Positions 29,446-39,467 of a stretch of 64,000 nt of DNA are shown here, in pieces; position 1 is the stretch's first letter, and each line of letters begins with the position of its first letter. Made by a program: the position numbers and the translations under genes. This DNA comes from Candidatus Poribacteria bacterium (GTDB lineage: Bacteria; Poribacteria; WGA-4E; PCPOR2b): positions 3,744,001 to 3,808,000 of the forward strand of contig OZ244587.1 in the NCBI GenBank assembly GCA_965218095.1. Direction: 5' to 3'. The notes under the pieces were generated by a model, which saw nothing but the letters and a program-made list of their open reading frames with translations, searched no databases and was not told the origin of the DNA.

Positions 29446-30385
29446 CCCAAGTTGCGACCTATTCATCGAATATGTGAGTGAACTGAATATGTGAGTGAAC
29501 TCAGAGCTGATTAATACTGCTAGCCAATACAAACAAGACCACTTTCAATTCAAATCCGTGTCGCGTTACTGCATGGATTGAACGTGGAAGCAGTTTGTTA
29601 ATCAAACTGCCAGCCGTCTCAACAGACTTACGATGGTAATTAGCCAAGTAGGTCTCCCATGGTGGATACAGCCGCTTGGAATTCTTCTTGCGTACTGGCT
29701 TTAATTCGACTCCGACTGATGTAACAATATCTTCTATCTCATAATTATTGTATGCTTTGTCACCATAGCCCGGTGGCAAGTCGAAGTCAAACCACTGTAA
29801 CCCTTCAACGTCCCCTGTACTGGCTGGGGTCACAAAAAATTCAACAGGGTGTCGACTCGCAGTCACTAGCAGATGAACTTTCAAGCCATAGAAATACCGA
29901 CGTTTGGACGCTTGATAGCCTCGATATGCCTTATCGGTATAGATTTTTGACCGACGAATGCGGAACAAACAGCAATTGGTATGGTATCCAGTGCATAGAT
30001 TTTCTGTTGATTAAGTTGCACATAGCTTCGTCCCAAGATTTTGAACAATGTGGTGAACATCGGTTTAATTCGATGAAGTCGTCGGTTGAATCGACTTTTT
30101 GAAAGCATCTTGGGTATATAGCCATGAGTCTTTAGAAAGTCACAAGTGGTTTGCAAGTTTGCCCCGAAGAACAACGCAGCGACGATGCCGGTGGTCATCA
30201 CTTCGGCATCAGACATCTGCGTTTGTGGGTGTGGTTTTGAGTTGAGTGTTTCTAAGAGCTTGTCACAGAGATAGAAAATGGTTACAATTTGGATGTCCAT
30301 GGGTTTCTCCTTTGAGGTATTATGGTTTGGATTACCTCTACTTTAACGGAAAACCCATGGATTTTCAATTACTAGCAACTTGGGT
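29445..30385 (-). mobile_element. IS982-family insertion sequence with frameshifted transposase
   Basis: TIR ACCCAAGTTGC / GCAACTTGGGT; 9-bp direct repeat TAAGAAATA; transposase split into 29881-30300 (MSDAEVMT, SRFNRRL) and 29501-29968 (YFYGLKVHL, GDKAY, RKSVET). Confidence 0.92.
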
Positions 30386-30780
30386 TAAGAAATAAGTGAC
30401 AAAACGTGGATTAGGGAGTTGGTTCCATAATCCTCAATCCCCTCTAACCCCCTGTCAAATTGCAATATTCATCATTGAAGCCGCCGAATCATCAAGTTTA
30501 ACGGAAAACAATCAGGTAATAAAGCCTTGCGAGGATTTCAAACCTGTGCAAAGTTGAATCCAACCACTACCTAAATAAAATCTTAATCTTCACTATTGGT
30601 GAGGAATCGTCGCTCGCTTTCATCTCGCAAAGGACACAGCGTAGAAAGAGGAGAGAGAATGGGCAAGTCGAACGCAGCGAAATCCCGTGTGCCAGGGGGA
30701 GTAAGGAAGAAAGTGAGCGTGCTGGCTTTTTGGATCGCTGACTTTCCAGCTTTCTGGTTTCAGGGCTTACGCAATATGCA

Positions 30781-32499
30781 ATGATTTCGATACAGCTTTG
30801 CCGACTCAGTCCAAGCCGCATTACGCATCACGTTTCACGTTTCACGCTTTTGCGTCTTGTAGGACTTCTGCTTGTAACAATCAGTGCGTACCCGGAAGTT
30901 CCTCAAGTACAATTGATTGATGTTACAGCGGCGTCGGGGATTCGCTTCAGGCATGTGAACGGGGCAAAGGGCGATTACCATTTACCAGAAACAGTTGGCG
31001 CCGGCGGGGCGTTCTTCGACTATGATAACGACGGAGATCTCGACCTTTTTCTTGTGAACAGCGGTGATTTAACCGGTGCCCCTTTGGAAGCACCATCTAC
31101 AAACATCCTCTATCGCAACAACGGCGATGGAACGTTCACGGACGTAACCTCCACAGCAGGGGTGAGCAACGCCGGAAATTACGGGCTGGGCGTCGCCTGC
31201 GGCGACTACGACAATGATGGTGCCCCGGACCTTTACGTGACGAACTTTGGCGCAAATGTGCTCTATCGCAATAATGGAGATGGCAGCTTTACAGACGTCA
31301 CCGAAGAAACTGGCGTGGGGGATGAGCTGTGGAGCAGCAGCGCGACTTTCTTTGATTATGACCGCGATGGTTACCTTGATCTCTACGTTGTAAATTATGT
31401 ACTCTATCCGCTGGATGTTCCCCATCCTCTCTGCGATGGTTATTGCCACCCGCTGTACTTTGAAGGGGCACCTGATCGCCTCTATCGAAATAATGGAGAC
31501 GGCACCTTCGTGGACGCCACCAAAATCGCAGGTATCAACGACATTGGCGGCTCCTTTCATGGGAAAGGCTTGGGCGTCGTCGCAGCAGATTTTAACAATG
31601 ACGGCAATCCAGACCTTTATGTCGCCAACGATGTCACACCCAACTACCTCTTCAACAACCAAGGGGATGGTACATTCGTGGAGATAGGGGTTGCCGCGGG
31701 TTGTGCCTACAGTGCCGACGGTGCAGCGCAGGCTGGCATGGGTGTTGACACCGGGGACTATAACGGTGATGGATTTCTTGACATCTTTGTCACCAATTTC
31801 TCCTATGAGACGAACGCCCTCTATCGGAATAACGGCGATGATACGTTTACCGATGTGAGTTACCAAGCGCATCTGGGAGATGAGAGTTACTTGCTTTTAG
31901 GATTTGGCACGGGCTTTTTCGATTATGACAACGATGGTCATCTGGATCTCTTCGTCGCGAATGGGCATATTTTCGATCGCGTCAAGCAGACGACAGACAT
32001 TGTCACATATCCTCAACGGAATCAACTGTTTCATAACAACGGGAACGGCAGGTTTACTGAAGTGTCTTTCAAGTCCGGCGACTACTTCCGGCAGAAGGGC
32101 GTCAGCCGCGGGGCAATCTTCGGCGATTATGACAACGATGGCGACCTTGATATTGTGGTGACCCAATTGAACCAGTCGGCGGAGCTTTTGCGCAATGAAG
32201 GAGGCAATCGTCAAAACTGGGTGCGGATTAAGACGGTCGGCATCCTTAGCAACCGGGATGGCATCGGTGCGCGGGTGACATTGACGGTGGGAGGCCACTC
32301 GCGGGTAGAAGAGGTGCATGCCGGATCGAGTTATCAATGCAGTCATGACCCTCGGGCTTTCTTCGGTCTAGGTGACCACACCACGATCGATCGTTTGGAA
32401 ATTCGTTGGCCTAGTGGGGTTGTACAGGTTCTTGAGAACATCCCGGCAAATCAGGAAATTGTCGTGACCGAAGACAGTGATAAAGAAAAACGCAATTAG
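30781..32499 (+). CDS. CRTAC1-like FG-GAP/ASPIC-UnbV protein (paralog B)
   Basis: Near-colinear duplicate of 27721-29445. Confidence 0.92.
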   Translation: MISIQLCRLSPSRITHHVSRFTLLRLVGLLLVTISAYPEVPQVQLIDVTAASGIRFRHVNGAKGDYHLPETVGAGGAFFDYDNDGDLDLFLVNSGDLTGAPLEAPSTNILYRNNGDGTFTDVTSTAGVSNAGNYGLGVACGDYDNDGAPDLYVTNFGANVLYRNNGDGSFTDVTEETGVGDELWSSSATFFDYDRDGYLDLYVVNYVLYPLDVPHPLCDGYCHPLYFEGAPDRLYRNNGDGTFVDATKIAGINDIGGSFHGKGLGVVAADFNNDGNPDLYVANDVTPNYLFNNQGDGTFVEIGVAAGCAYSADGAAQAGMGVDTGDYNGDGFLDIFVTNFSYETNALYRNNGDDTFTDVSYQAHLGDESYLLLGFGTGFFDYDNDGHLDLFVANGHIFDRVKQTTDIVTYPQRNQLFHNNGNGRFTEVSFKSGDYFRQKGVSRGAIFGDYDNDGDLDIVVTQLNQSAELLRNEGGNRQNWVRIKTVGILSNRDGIGARVTLTVGGHSRVEEVHAGSSYQCSHDPRAFFGLGDHTTIDRLEIRWPSGVVQVLENIPANQEIVVTEDSDKEKRN

Positions 32500-32538
32500 T
32501 ATTTTAGGGCTTGATAATGCATTGAAAGTCGTGGCTGC

Positions 32539-32811
32539 TCAGGGGTTAAGAATAACTTCCCTACTTTTATCGACTTTCCTATCTTTATGCTGACCGATTT
32601 TGATAATCATTTCATCAACTTGAGCCTCAGAAGCCTGACGCAAAACATGAATTAAACGCGGTTTATCCTCAGTGGTATAAGCATCAAGAACGAAGTTATA
32701 AGGACCCTCTTCGTTGGCATCTTCAAACTTTGTAAGACGGCCTATGAGATTTACATCAACGTAATCTCTACCAAACAAACCTTTTAGAAATATTGAAATC
32801 ACCGCTTTCAA
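32539..32811 (-). other. AT-rich hypothetical ORF or gene fragment next to IS3
   Basis: 90-aa ORF with TTG start and no clear RBS; may be the remnant of a longer gene. Confidence 0.3.
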
Positions 32812-32841
32812 TCAAATTGGACAGCTAAGGGAAGTTCCCCT

Positions 32842-34079
32842 TGTACTGCCATCGGAAATTTAGCCCATTGTCTAAACCAAGATTGTGATACAATGACAGT
32901 CAGATTGAAAGGAGAATCCGATGGCAAAACGAAGAAGATTCACACCCCAATTTAAGGCGGAAGTCGTTATTGAGGCACTTACCAACCAAAGTTCACAAGC
33001 GCAACTCTGTCGACAGCATAACCTCAGCGAAGAACAACTATCAAAGTGGAAACACCAACTCCTTGACAACGCAGCGATTCTCTTTGAATCCACTGATAAG
33101 CAATCCAACGACTCTAAAGAGCGGATTGCTCAACTGGAGCAACTCCTCGGTCGATTGACCCTAGCATTAGACATCCAAAAAAAGCCTCGACTTGGCTGAC
33201 TTGAATCGGTTTCAAAAGCGACAGATGGTTGAGGCTTTACAGACCGATTACTCGGTTCGACACATTTGTGAGGTTCTCGGCTTCAATCAGAGCAGTCTCT
33301 ATTATCAATCTAAAAGCGACCCCTTAGAGCCAGTGCTACGAGATGAAATCGAAAAACTATCTGCCCGTTATCCGAAATATGGCTATAGGCGTATCACGCA
33401 GTTGCTGTTGCGTATGGGATACACGGTCGGTTACCGACGCATCGCCCGATTGATGAAAGCGGATAATCTGTGGGTCGCCGTAAAATGTGGCAGTCAAACC
33501 ACCCAATCGTTTGACTGTGTTGGTCAATCGGTCAATCGGGTTGAGAATCTTGACATCTGTCGAAGCAATCAAGTTTGGGTTGGTGATATCACCTATGTCC
33601 GACTCAAAGGACAATTCGTCTATGTTTCGGTGTTAATCGATGTCTTGACCCGAATGATAAGAGGTTGGCAGATGAGTCGGCACTTGACACAACCTCTCAC
33701 ATTAAGACCGTTGCAACAGGCATTAAGCCAAAGCATTCCAGAAATTCATCATAGCGACCAGGGAGTTGAGTATCTTCCGACAGCCTATATTTCCACGCTT
33801 ATTGGTCATGGGGTTGAGATTTCCTTAGCGCATTGGGGGCGTCCGTGGGAGAACGGCTATGCTGAGAGGCTGATAAGAACCCTCAAGGAGGAAGAGGTCC
33901 ATCTCAATGACTACGATGATATAATGGATGCCAGAGCGCGAATCGGTCATTTTATTGGACAGGTTTATAACCAGAAACGACCTCACTCGGCGTTAGGGTA
34001 TTTGACGCCAGTTGAATTTGAGCAAAAACACTTGTCTTAACTTTGATGATTTCTGGTCTAAATTAACGTTGGTACTTCA
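32842..34079 (+). mobile_element. IS3-family insertion sequence (OrfA 32921-33199, OrfB 33192-34040)
   Basis: Imperfect TG...CA IRs TGTACTGCCATCGGAAATTTAGCCCA / TGGTCTAAATTAACGTTGGTACTTCA; OrfA HTH RRFTPQFKAEVV; OrfB WVGDITY, HHSDQG, ENGYAER; A7G slippery site near 33177. No target duplication seen. Confidence 0.92.
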
Positions 34080-34124
34080 GGCCTTATCTATCTTTACCCA
34101 AATACTCTTAATGAGGCAGCCAGA

Positions 34125-35138
34125 ATGAAGATCACAAAAGTAGAGCAGTTTATCACAGCCGTCCCCCACATTCCTGCTATCGAGAAACACCGTCCCGGAG
34201 ACTACATCGAATGCCCAATCCCCATCATCAAGGTTCACACGGACGAAGGCGTCTACGGCTTAGGCGAAGGTGGACGGGGTCAGCGGTTTGATGACGTGAT
34301 GGATAGCTGGATCGGTATAGATCCAATAGAGCTCAAATGGCAGGACCTTGGCGGCGCTTTTGGATCGGCGATATTTGATATTGTCGGCAAGGCGCTAGGC
34401 ATACCTGCCCACAAACTGATGGGCGCACAGCACTGGGAAAAAGTCCCTGTCGGTTACTGGTCGTGTCCGATGGAGCCGGCGGAGTTTGCGGCGGAGGCAG
34501 AGGTTGGCGTCAAACTGGGCTTCAAGACCCATAAGCTCAAGGCGCGTCCATGGAACATCGCCGAGACCGTCCGACTCATGACGGAGGCGGCGGGGAAGGA
34601 TTACGGGATTATCGTCGATCCGAACTTTACCTTTGAAACCCCAGAGCAGTCAATTCGCCTCGCACATGAGTTGGAACGATATAATATTCAGGCGTTTGAA
34701 GATCCGTTTTCGTATTATGAGTATGGTTGGGACAGCTACTGCGAATTTCGTGAGCAGACCCACATTCCCCTCGCACCCCATATCTCTGATCCAAAAATGA
34801 TTATGGAAGCCATTAAAGCCGATGCAGCGGATATGTTCAACACCGCTGGAAGTCCGGCGGGCGCGATGCAAAACGCTGGCATTGCTGAAGCCGCAGGGTT
34901 GCCGGTGTGGCTACAAGTTGTCGGGCTTGGTTTGGGCGTATCGGGCGCTTTTGGAACCCATGTTCACGCAGTCATCAAGAACGCGACGATTCCGAGCGAT
35001 TCCCTCCATTTCGTCCGCGAGAACGATTTAATCTACGGGGCACTGACGCCGAAAGATGGCTTCGTCGAAGTGCCGACGGTGCCGGGTTTGGGCGTCGAAT
35101 TGGATATGACGGCGGTGGAAAAGTATCGTGTAGGATAG
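34125..35138 (+). CDS. Mandelate racemase / muconate lactonizing enzyme (enolase superfamily)
   Basis: HTDEGVYGLGE, DIVGKALGIP, KLK, VDPN, FEDP and PGLGVELD motifs. Confidence 0.92.
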   Translation: MKITKVEQFITAVPHIPAIEKHRPGDYIECPIPIIKVHTDEGVYGLGEGGRGQRFDDVMDSWIGIDPIELKWQDLGGAFGSAIFDIVGKALGIPAHKLMGAQHWEKVPVGYWSCPMEPAEFAAEAEVGVKLGFKTHKLKARPWNIAETVRLMTEAAGKDYGIIVDPNFTFETPEQSIRLAHELERYNIQAFEDPFSYYEYGWDSYCEFREQTHIPLAPHISDPKMIMEAIKADAADMFNTAGSPAGAMQNAGIAEAAGLPVWLQVVGLGLGVSGAFGTHVHAVIKNATIPSDSLHFVRENDLIYGALTPKDGFVEVPTVPGLGVELDMTAVEKYRVG

Positions 35139-35210
35139 ATAGCAGTGTGAGTTTCATCTTGGAAGAGGAAAAACCTTAACAACCTAAATGAGGCTTGGTC
35201 ATAAATGCCG

Positions 35211-35277
35211 GTAGCCGAACTTGTGAGAGTTCGGTTGTTCTGTCGCGGCGGGCCCGAATTCTCACGAATTCAGCTAC
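35211..35277. repeat. GTAG-type REP doublet (REPIN-like)
   Basis: GTAGCCGAACTTGTGAGAGTTCGG and inverted CCGAATTCTCACGAATTCAGCTAC separated by 19 nt. Confidence 0.8.
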
Positions 35278-35304
35278 AGCTAAAAAGTGGACTAAGGGCC
35301 GGTA

Positions 35305-35472
35305 TCAGTCGTCTTGAGACGACTTGAGCTTTGAGCCTGAACTTCGTTCCCCATCTTCCGCAACTTCAGCATGAAATCCGTGGCTTTCCAGAGCACTGCG
35401 AACCTTTAATGAAATGAGTCTCACATCCTCAACCACAAGGACACGTTGCTTTCGATTCTCAGAATTGTTCAT
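35305..35472 (-). pseudogene. Truncated response-regulator receiver domain
   Basis: Hand translation MNNSENRKQRVLVVEDVRLISLKVRSALESHGFHAEVAEDGE, which then runs into repeat DNA before the phospho-Asp. Confidence 0.75.
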
Positions 35473-35539
35473 GGTAAACACTAATGGTTTTTACGAGTCT
35501 GCCTTGCCCTCAAGCAATCAAGAATGAAGTTTTGTTCAA

Positions 35540-35730
35540 TGTGGATACCTCTAGGTCCATCTTTGTTCGCAAGGGCAGTGAGTACTTCCTTGAGCCGCCC
35601 GATTTCTTGGGTCAAAATGGTGTACTGTTCCTCGACAGTGGAGAGATCGCCCTCGCGCCCATCGTTTCCAACTTCAGTGCGGCATCAAAAGCCGGTTGAG
35701 CGTAAAGTTCGCCGACCAACCCCTTCAAGC
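35540..35730 (-). pseudogene. Hpt domain remnant (frameshifted)
   Basis: Hand translation LKGLVGELYAQPAFDAALKLETMG, shift, REGDLSTVEEQYTILTQEIGRLKEVL. Confidence 0.65.
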
Positions 35731-35817
35731 CGTAGACAGCCCATTCGCTGTTTCATTGTGAGACGGCGTGTTGTAATTGAACCGGTTGAAACTTTTCACG
35801 CTAGTAAATAGCGTAGG

Positions 35818-35988
35818 TTAATCATAGCAAAAGCAATACAATTGTACCGGTATTTCCTTCAGGACTTTAATGTGATCAGAGGAAACAACATAGGTAAGAT
35901 CTTTATCCACACATGTAATCAGTCCAACCTGAATTAAAATACGCCAAATCTCTCCCCATTGCTCTTTAGGGATGCGGACAAGTGGCAT
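35818..35988 (-). CDS. Small hypothetical protein (56 aa), below the ORF-track cutoff
   Basis: AAAGGAGGT RBS 7 nt before ATG; MPLVRIPKEQWGEIWRILIQVGLITCVDKDLTYVVSSDHIKVLKEIPVQLYCFCYD. Confidence 0.55.
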   Translation of the reverse strand: MPLVRIPKEQWGEIWRILIQVGLITCVDKDLTYVVSSDHIKVLKEIPVQLYCFCYD

Positions 35989-36064
35989 CGTATGAACCTC
36001 CTTTCAGACTGCCGTGCGGAAATTATAACGCGCCTTTAGATGGGATGGCAAGCAAGAAAGATAA

Positions 36065-37984
36065 ATGACAAATAAGCCAATGGAAAACTCCGAAACGAAA
36101 ACACCGCTCGATATCGATGCTCGTCGTCGCGATCTGAAAGGTGTCTGGAAATGGGTCTTCGAGCTCATCGCCGTTGGCTTTGTCCTCTTTTACATTTACA
36201 GCGCGGGTTTCGGCACTGCGGGAGAGCAGTACCACGTCGGGTTATACCTGCTTCTCACGTTTGTGTTGATTGGCATATTCTACCGCTTCCGGCGAAACTC
36301 ACCCGAATCGCGTCCGTCGGCGGTGGATTGCCTGCTAGTTGTGTCGACGGTTTTCGTAATCGGATACTGGATTGTCGAGTATAAAACGCTTGCAGGGAGG
36401 GCGGGTGCATATAGCAAACTCGATGTGATCGTTGGAGCGTTGGCGGTGCTCTTGAGCCTCGAGTATAGCCGTCGGACGGTTGGTTGGGCGCTGACCATAA
36501 TCGCTGTGGCCGGGGTTTTGTACGCTCTGTTTGGCAGAGCGATGCCCTCGGTCATCGCACACCGAGGATTTCCGCTGCGCCGGATCTTTGAGTACAGTTT
36601 CTTCAGCCAAGCCGGCATCTTCGGCATCATGGCAAACGTCATGGCGACGTATGTCATCCTGTTTATTTTCTTCGGCGCGTTTCTGGAGAAATCGGGCGTG
36701 GGACAATTTTTCATCGATCTACCGATAGCGGTGGCGGGACGGTCGGTCGGGGGACCGGCAAAGGTGGCGGTCATCGCTTCTGGATTCTTCGGCTCTGTCG
36801 CGGGGAGCGCCATTGCAAATACTGTAGCGACTGGCGCGTTCACCATCCCGCTGATGAAGCGCACCGGCTTTCGACCACACGTCGCTGGCGCAATTGAAGC
36901 AACCGCATCGGTCGGTGGGCAATTTCTACCGCCGGTGATGGGGGCAGGCGCATTTATGATGGCGGAACGCACAGAGCTTCCGTATAGCTACATCGCGCTT
37001 CTGTCGATTATCCCTGCGTTGCTCTACTTCTTTTCGGTATGGGTGATGGTACACTTTGAAGCGAAGAAATGGGGCATCAAAGGTTTGCCGAAGGAAGAAC
37101 TCCCCCGCCTCCCTACGCTCCTCAAAAGCCAATGGTACTGTCTAATTCCGTTAATTACGTTGATTGCGACACTGATCGCGGGGTATACGGCGTCCAAATC
37201 GGCATTTTTCGCCATCCTGGCGACCTGCCTCGTCAGCTACTTTCGCCCGGAGACACGCCTCACGCCCAAACGACTCTGGGAGGCGATGGTGGCCGGCGCG
37301 AAAAACTCACTCGCGATCGGTGGGGCAGTTGGCAGCATCGGCATTATCATCGCTGTAATCGACCTCACCGGGTTAGGCCGAATCTTTCCTGACCTTGTAC
37401 TCTCTGTCGCGGGAAACAGCAGCGTGATTGCCATCCTGCTGCTCGCTGTCGCGTCGCTCATCCTGGGTATGGGCATCCCCGTCACCGCTGCCTACCTGAT
37501 TACGTCCGAGCTCGCTGTCCCCATCCTCACAAGCGATCAGATGGGGGTACCCTTTATCGCCGCACACCTCATCATCTTCTGGCTCAGTCAAGATTCTAAC
37601 ATTACGCCGCCCGTCGCGCTCGGGGCGTATGCCGGCGCCGCAATCGCACGCGCCAATCCATGGAAAACGGGCTGGGCCTGTTTCAAATTCGCCAAGCTCC
37701 TGTACGTTATGCCCTTGCTGTTCGCTTACACCCACATTCTATTCGATGGTACCCTCCTGCAAAACGCTTTGTCCGTTGTGACCGCCGTGGTTGGTACATT
37801 CATCTTTTCAATCGTCACGATGGGGTACTTCCTCCGAAAAACGACGTGGGGCGAGTGGGTGCTCCTCGCGATTGCCGCCTTCTTAGCATACATTTATAAT
37901 GTCTATACTTTCGCGATCGCCCTGGGGTTACTCACGGTGGTGTATTTTATTCAAAAACGCACCAGCGCAACGGAAATCAACTAA
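36065..37984 (+). CDS. TRAP transporter fused 4TM/12TM permease (TAXI type)
   Basis: GGPAKVAV, GSAIANTVATGAFTIP, GGQFLPPVMGAGAF, LGMGIPVTAAY and ITPPVAL motifs. Confidence 0.95.
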   Translation: MTNKPMENSETKTPLDIDARRRDLKGVWKWVFELIAVGFVLFYIYSAGFGTAGEQYHVGLYLLLTFVLIGIFYRFRRNSPESRPSAVDCLLVVSTVFVIGYWIVEYKTLAGRAGAYSKLDVIVGALAVLLSLEYSRRTVGWALTIIAVAGVLYALFGRAMPSVIAHRGFPLRRIFEYSFFSQAGIFGIMANVMATYVILFIFFGAFLEKSGVGQFFIDLPIAVAGRSVGGPAKVAVIASGFFGSVAGSAIANTVATGAFTIPLMKRTGFRPHVAGAIEATASVGGQFLPPVMGAGAFMMAERTELPYSYIALLSIIPALLYFFSVWVMVHFEAKKWGIKGLPKEELPRLPTLLKSQWYCLIPLITLIATLIAGYTASKSAFFAILATCLVSYFRPETRLTPKRLWEAMVAGAKNSLAIGGAVGSIGIIIAVIDLTGLGRIFPDLVLSVAGNSSVIAILLLAVASLILGMGIPVTAAYLITSELAVPILTSDQMGVPFIAAHLIIFWLSQDSNITPPVALGAYAGAAIARANPWKTGWACFKFAKLLYVMPLLFAYTHILFDGTLLQNALSVVTAVVGTFIFSIVTMGYFLRKTTWGEWVLLAIAAFLAYIYNVYTFAIALGLLTVVYFIQKRTSATEIN

Positions 37985-38080
37985 ATAGGAGTTATACGCA
38001 GTTGCCCTCCAATTGGTTCACGGCTCATTCCGATGGATTGGAATTTCCGTGCGCGTTCATACATCGGACTTCGCTTCAAT

Positions 38081-38122
38081 CTGCATCCTATATCTTGATC
38101 GGGTGCAAGATATAGGATGCAG
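38081..38122. repeat. Perfect 17-bp inverted repeat between convergent genes
   Basis: CTGCATCCTATATCTTG-8 nt-CAAGATATAGGATGCAG. Confidence 0.75.
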
Positions 38123-38176
38123 GCAGAGCGGTATTTGCTCAACCTGAAGTGCAACCCCTACGAAAATTTGTTTTGT

Positions 38177-38524
38177 TCACTCCGCGTTGAGTGCTTCAAT
38201 GGCTTCATCTTCGCTATCGAAAGGTTCAAACGTTTCAATCAACTTGCTCCGAATCATGAGGTTTTCGATGTTCGTACCAATGTTGACGAGAGCAACTAGC
38301 CCACCTCTTTTTTCAACAGATATGTATGCGCCTGTTAATGCGCCAAGTCCCGAGCTGCCCATTATTGTGACATCGGCAAAATCAACTAAGAATTTAGGTG
38401 TGCCAGAACAATTGGCAAGTTGTTCATCAAACACCTTTTTAAGTTCAAGCGCAACGGCGCCAAAGATCTGACCACTCAGTTCCAAAATGATAACACCCGC
38501 TCTATGACGGATATTGACTGCCAC
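38177..38524 (-). CDS. STAS-domain anti-sigma factor antagonist
   Basis: VDFADVTIMGSSGLGAL motif; GTG start after AGGAGA; the longer track ORF starts inside the IS. Confidence 0.88.
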   Translation of the reverse strand: MAVNIRHRAGVIILELSGQIFGAVALELKKVFDEQLANCSGTPKFLVDFADVTIMGSSGLGALTGAYISVEKRGGLVALVNIGTNIENLMIRSKLIETFEPFDSEDEAIEALNAE

Positions 38525-38562
38525 AGCATCTCTCCTATCTGTTAATTGATTTCGTTGATTTA

Positions 38563-39383
38563 GGTTCTGTTGACATTTGAGTATAAGGTTGTGGCATAAT
38601 AGAAGAATGACGCCAATAACCTTACCTGATGACCAATGGAATAAGATATACCGGTTTCTTCTTAGCTGTCCCACCATCTATGTTGGCGACGAAGCTGCTA
38701 CACGCCGCTTCGTCGAAGCCGTCCTGTGGGTGACTCGTAGCGGGGCTCAATGGAGACTTCTACCAGACACCTATGGCAAATGGAACACCCGCTACAAGCG
38801 ATTTGCTCGATGGTGCGACAAAGGGGGCTTCACACAGATGCACCCCCACTTCGCCTCTGACCCCGATATCGAGTCGCTTATTGTGGACAGTACCATCTGC
38901 CGCGCTCACCCGTCTGCGGCGGGCGCCTTAAAAAAAAGGGTGGCACTGAAAACCAAGCATTAGGTCGGTCTCGGGGCGGTTTCAGTACAAAAAATCACAT
39001 CACAGTTGACGGACTAGGCAATCCCCTAAGAATTCATCTGACCCCCGGTCAGAGACATGACATAACTGAGGCGGAAGGGTTGATAATCGGATATAACAGT
39101 GAATATGTAATTGGAGAGCAAGGGGTACGATTCGGACGCTTTTATCGCGGTTATCAAGGCGAATGGAGCGATTGCGGTGATACCGCCAAAAAGTCATCGT
39201 GTTGACCAAAGAACGTATGACAAACATCTGTACAAAGAGAGACATCGGGTTGAATGTTTCATCAACAAGATAAAATGGTATCGTCGTATCTTCTCTCGGT
39301 TTGAGAAGCTAGCTGTCCGTTATTTTGGATTTCTCAGCTTTGTCTCCACTCTTATATGGCTCCGTTGAAATGTCAACAGAACC
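38563..39383 (+). mobile_element. IS5-family (IS427-like) element, copy 1
   Basis: TIR GGTTCTGTTGACATTT, TA flanks; OrfA (LPDDQW, RSGAQWRLLP, IVDST) with an A8G slippery site; OrfB (GRSRGG, DKHLYKERHRVECF) carries an extra frameshift near 39115. Confidence 0.93.
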
Positions 39384-39467
39384 TAGTAACCTTCGGCAAT
39401 ATGAGCCGGAATGGCTAAAGCCGACTTGCGAATCGTTTGTCCCTCTTTTCAGAACTGTGGTTTCTGT

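Noticed and set aside
28408-29532. Long antisense ORFs over CRTAC1-like genes (also 24510-25325, 31069-31872)
   Set aside because: Shadow frames from codon bias; no recognisable motifs.
38525-38677. N-terminal extension of the STAS protein in the ORF track
   Set aside because: It lies within the IS5 end; the real start is the GTG at 38524 with an RBS.
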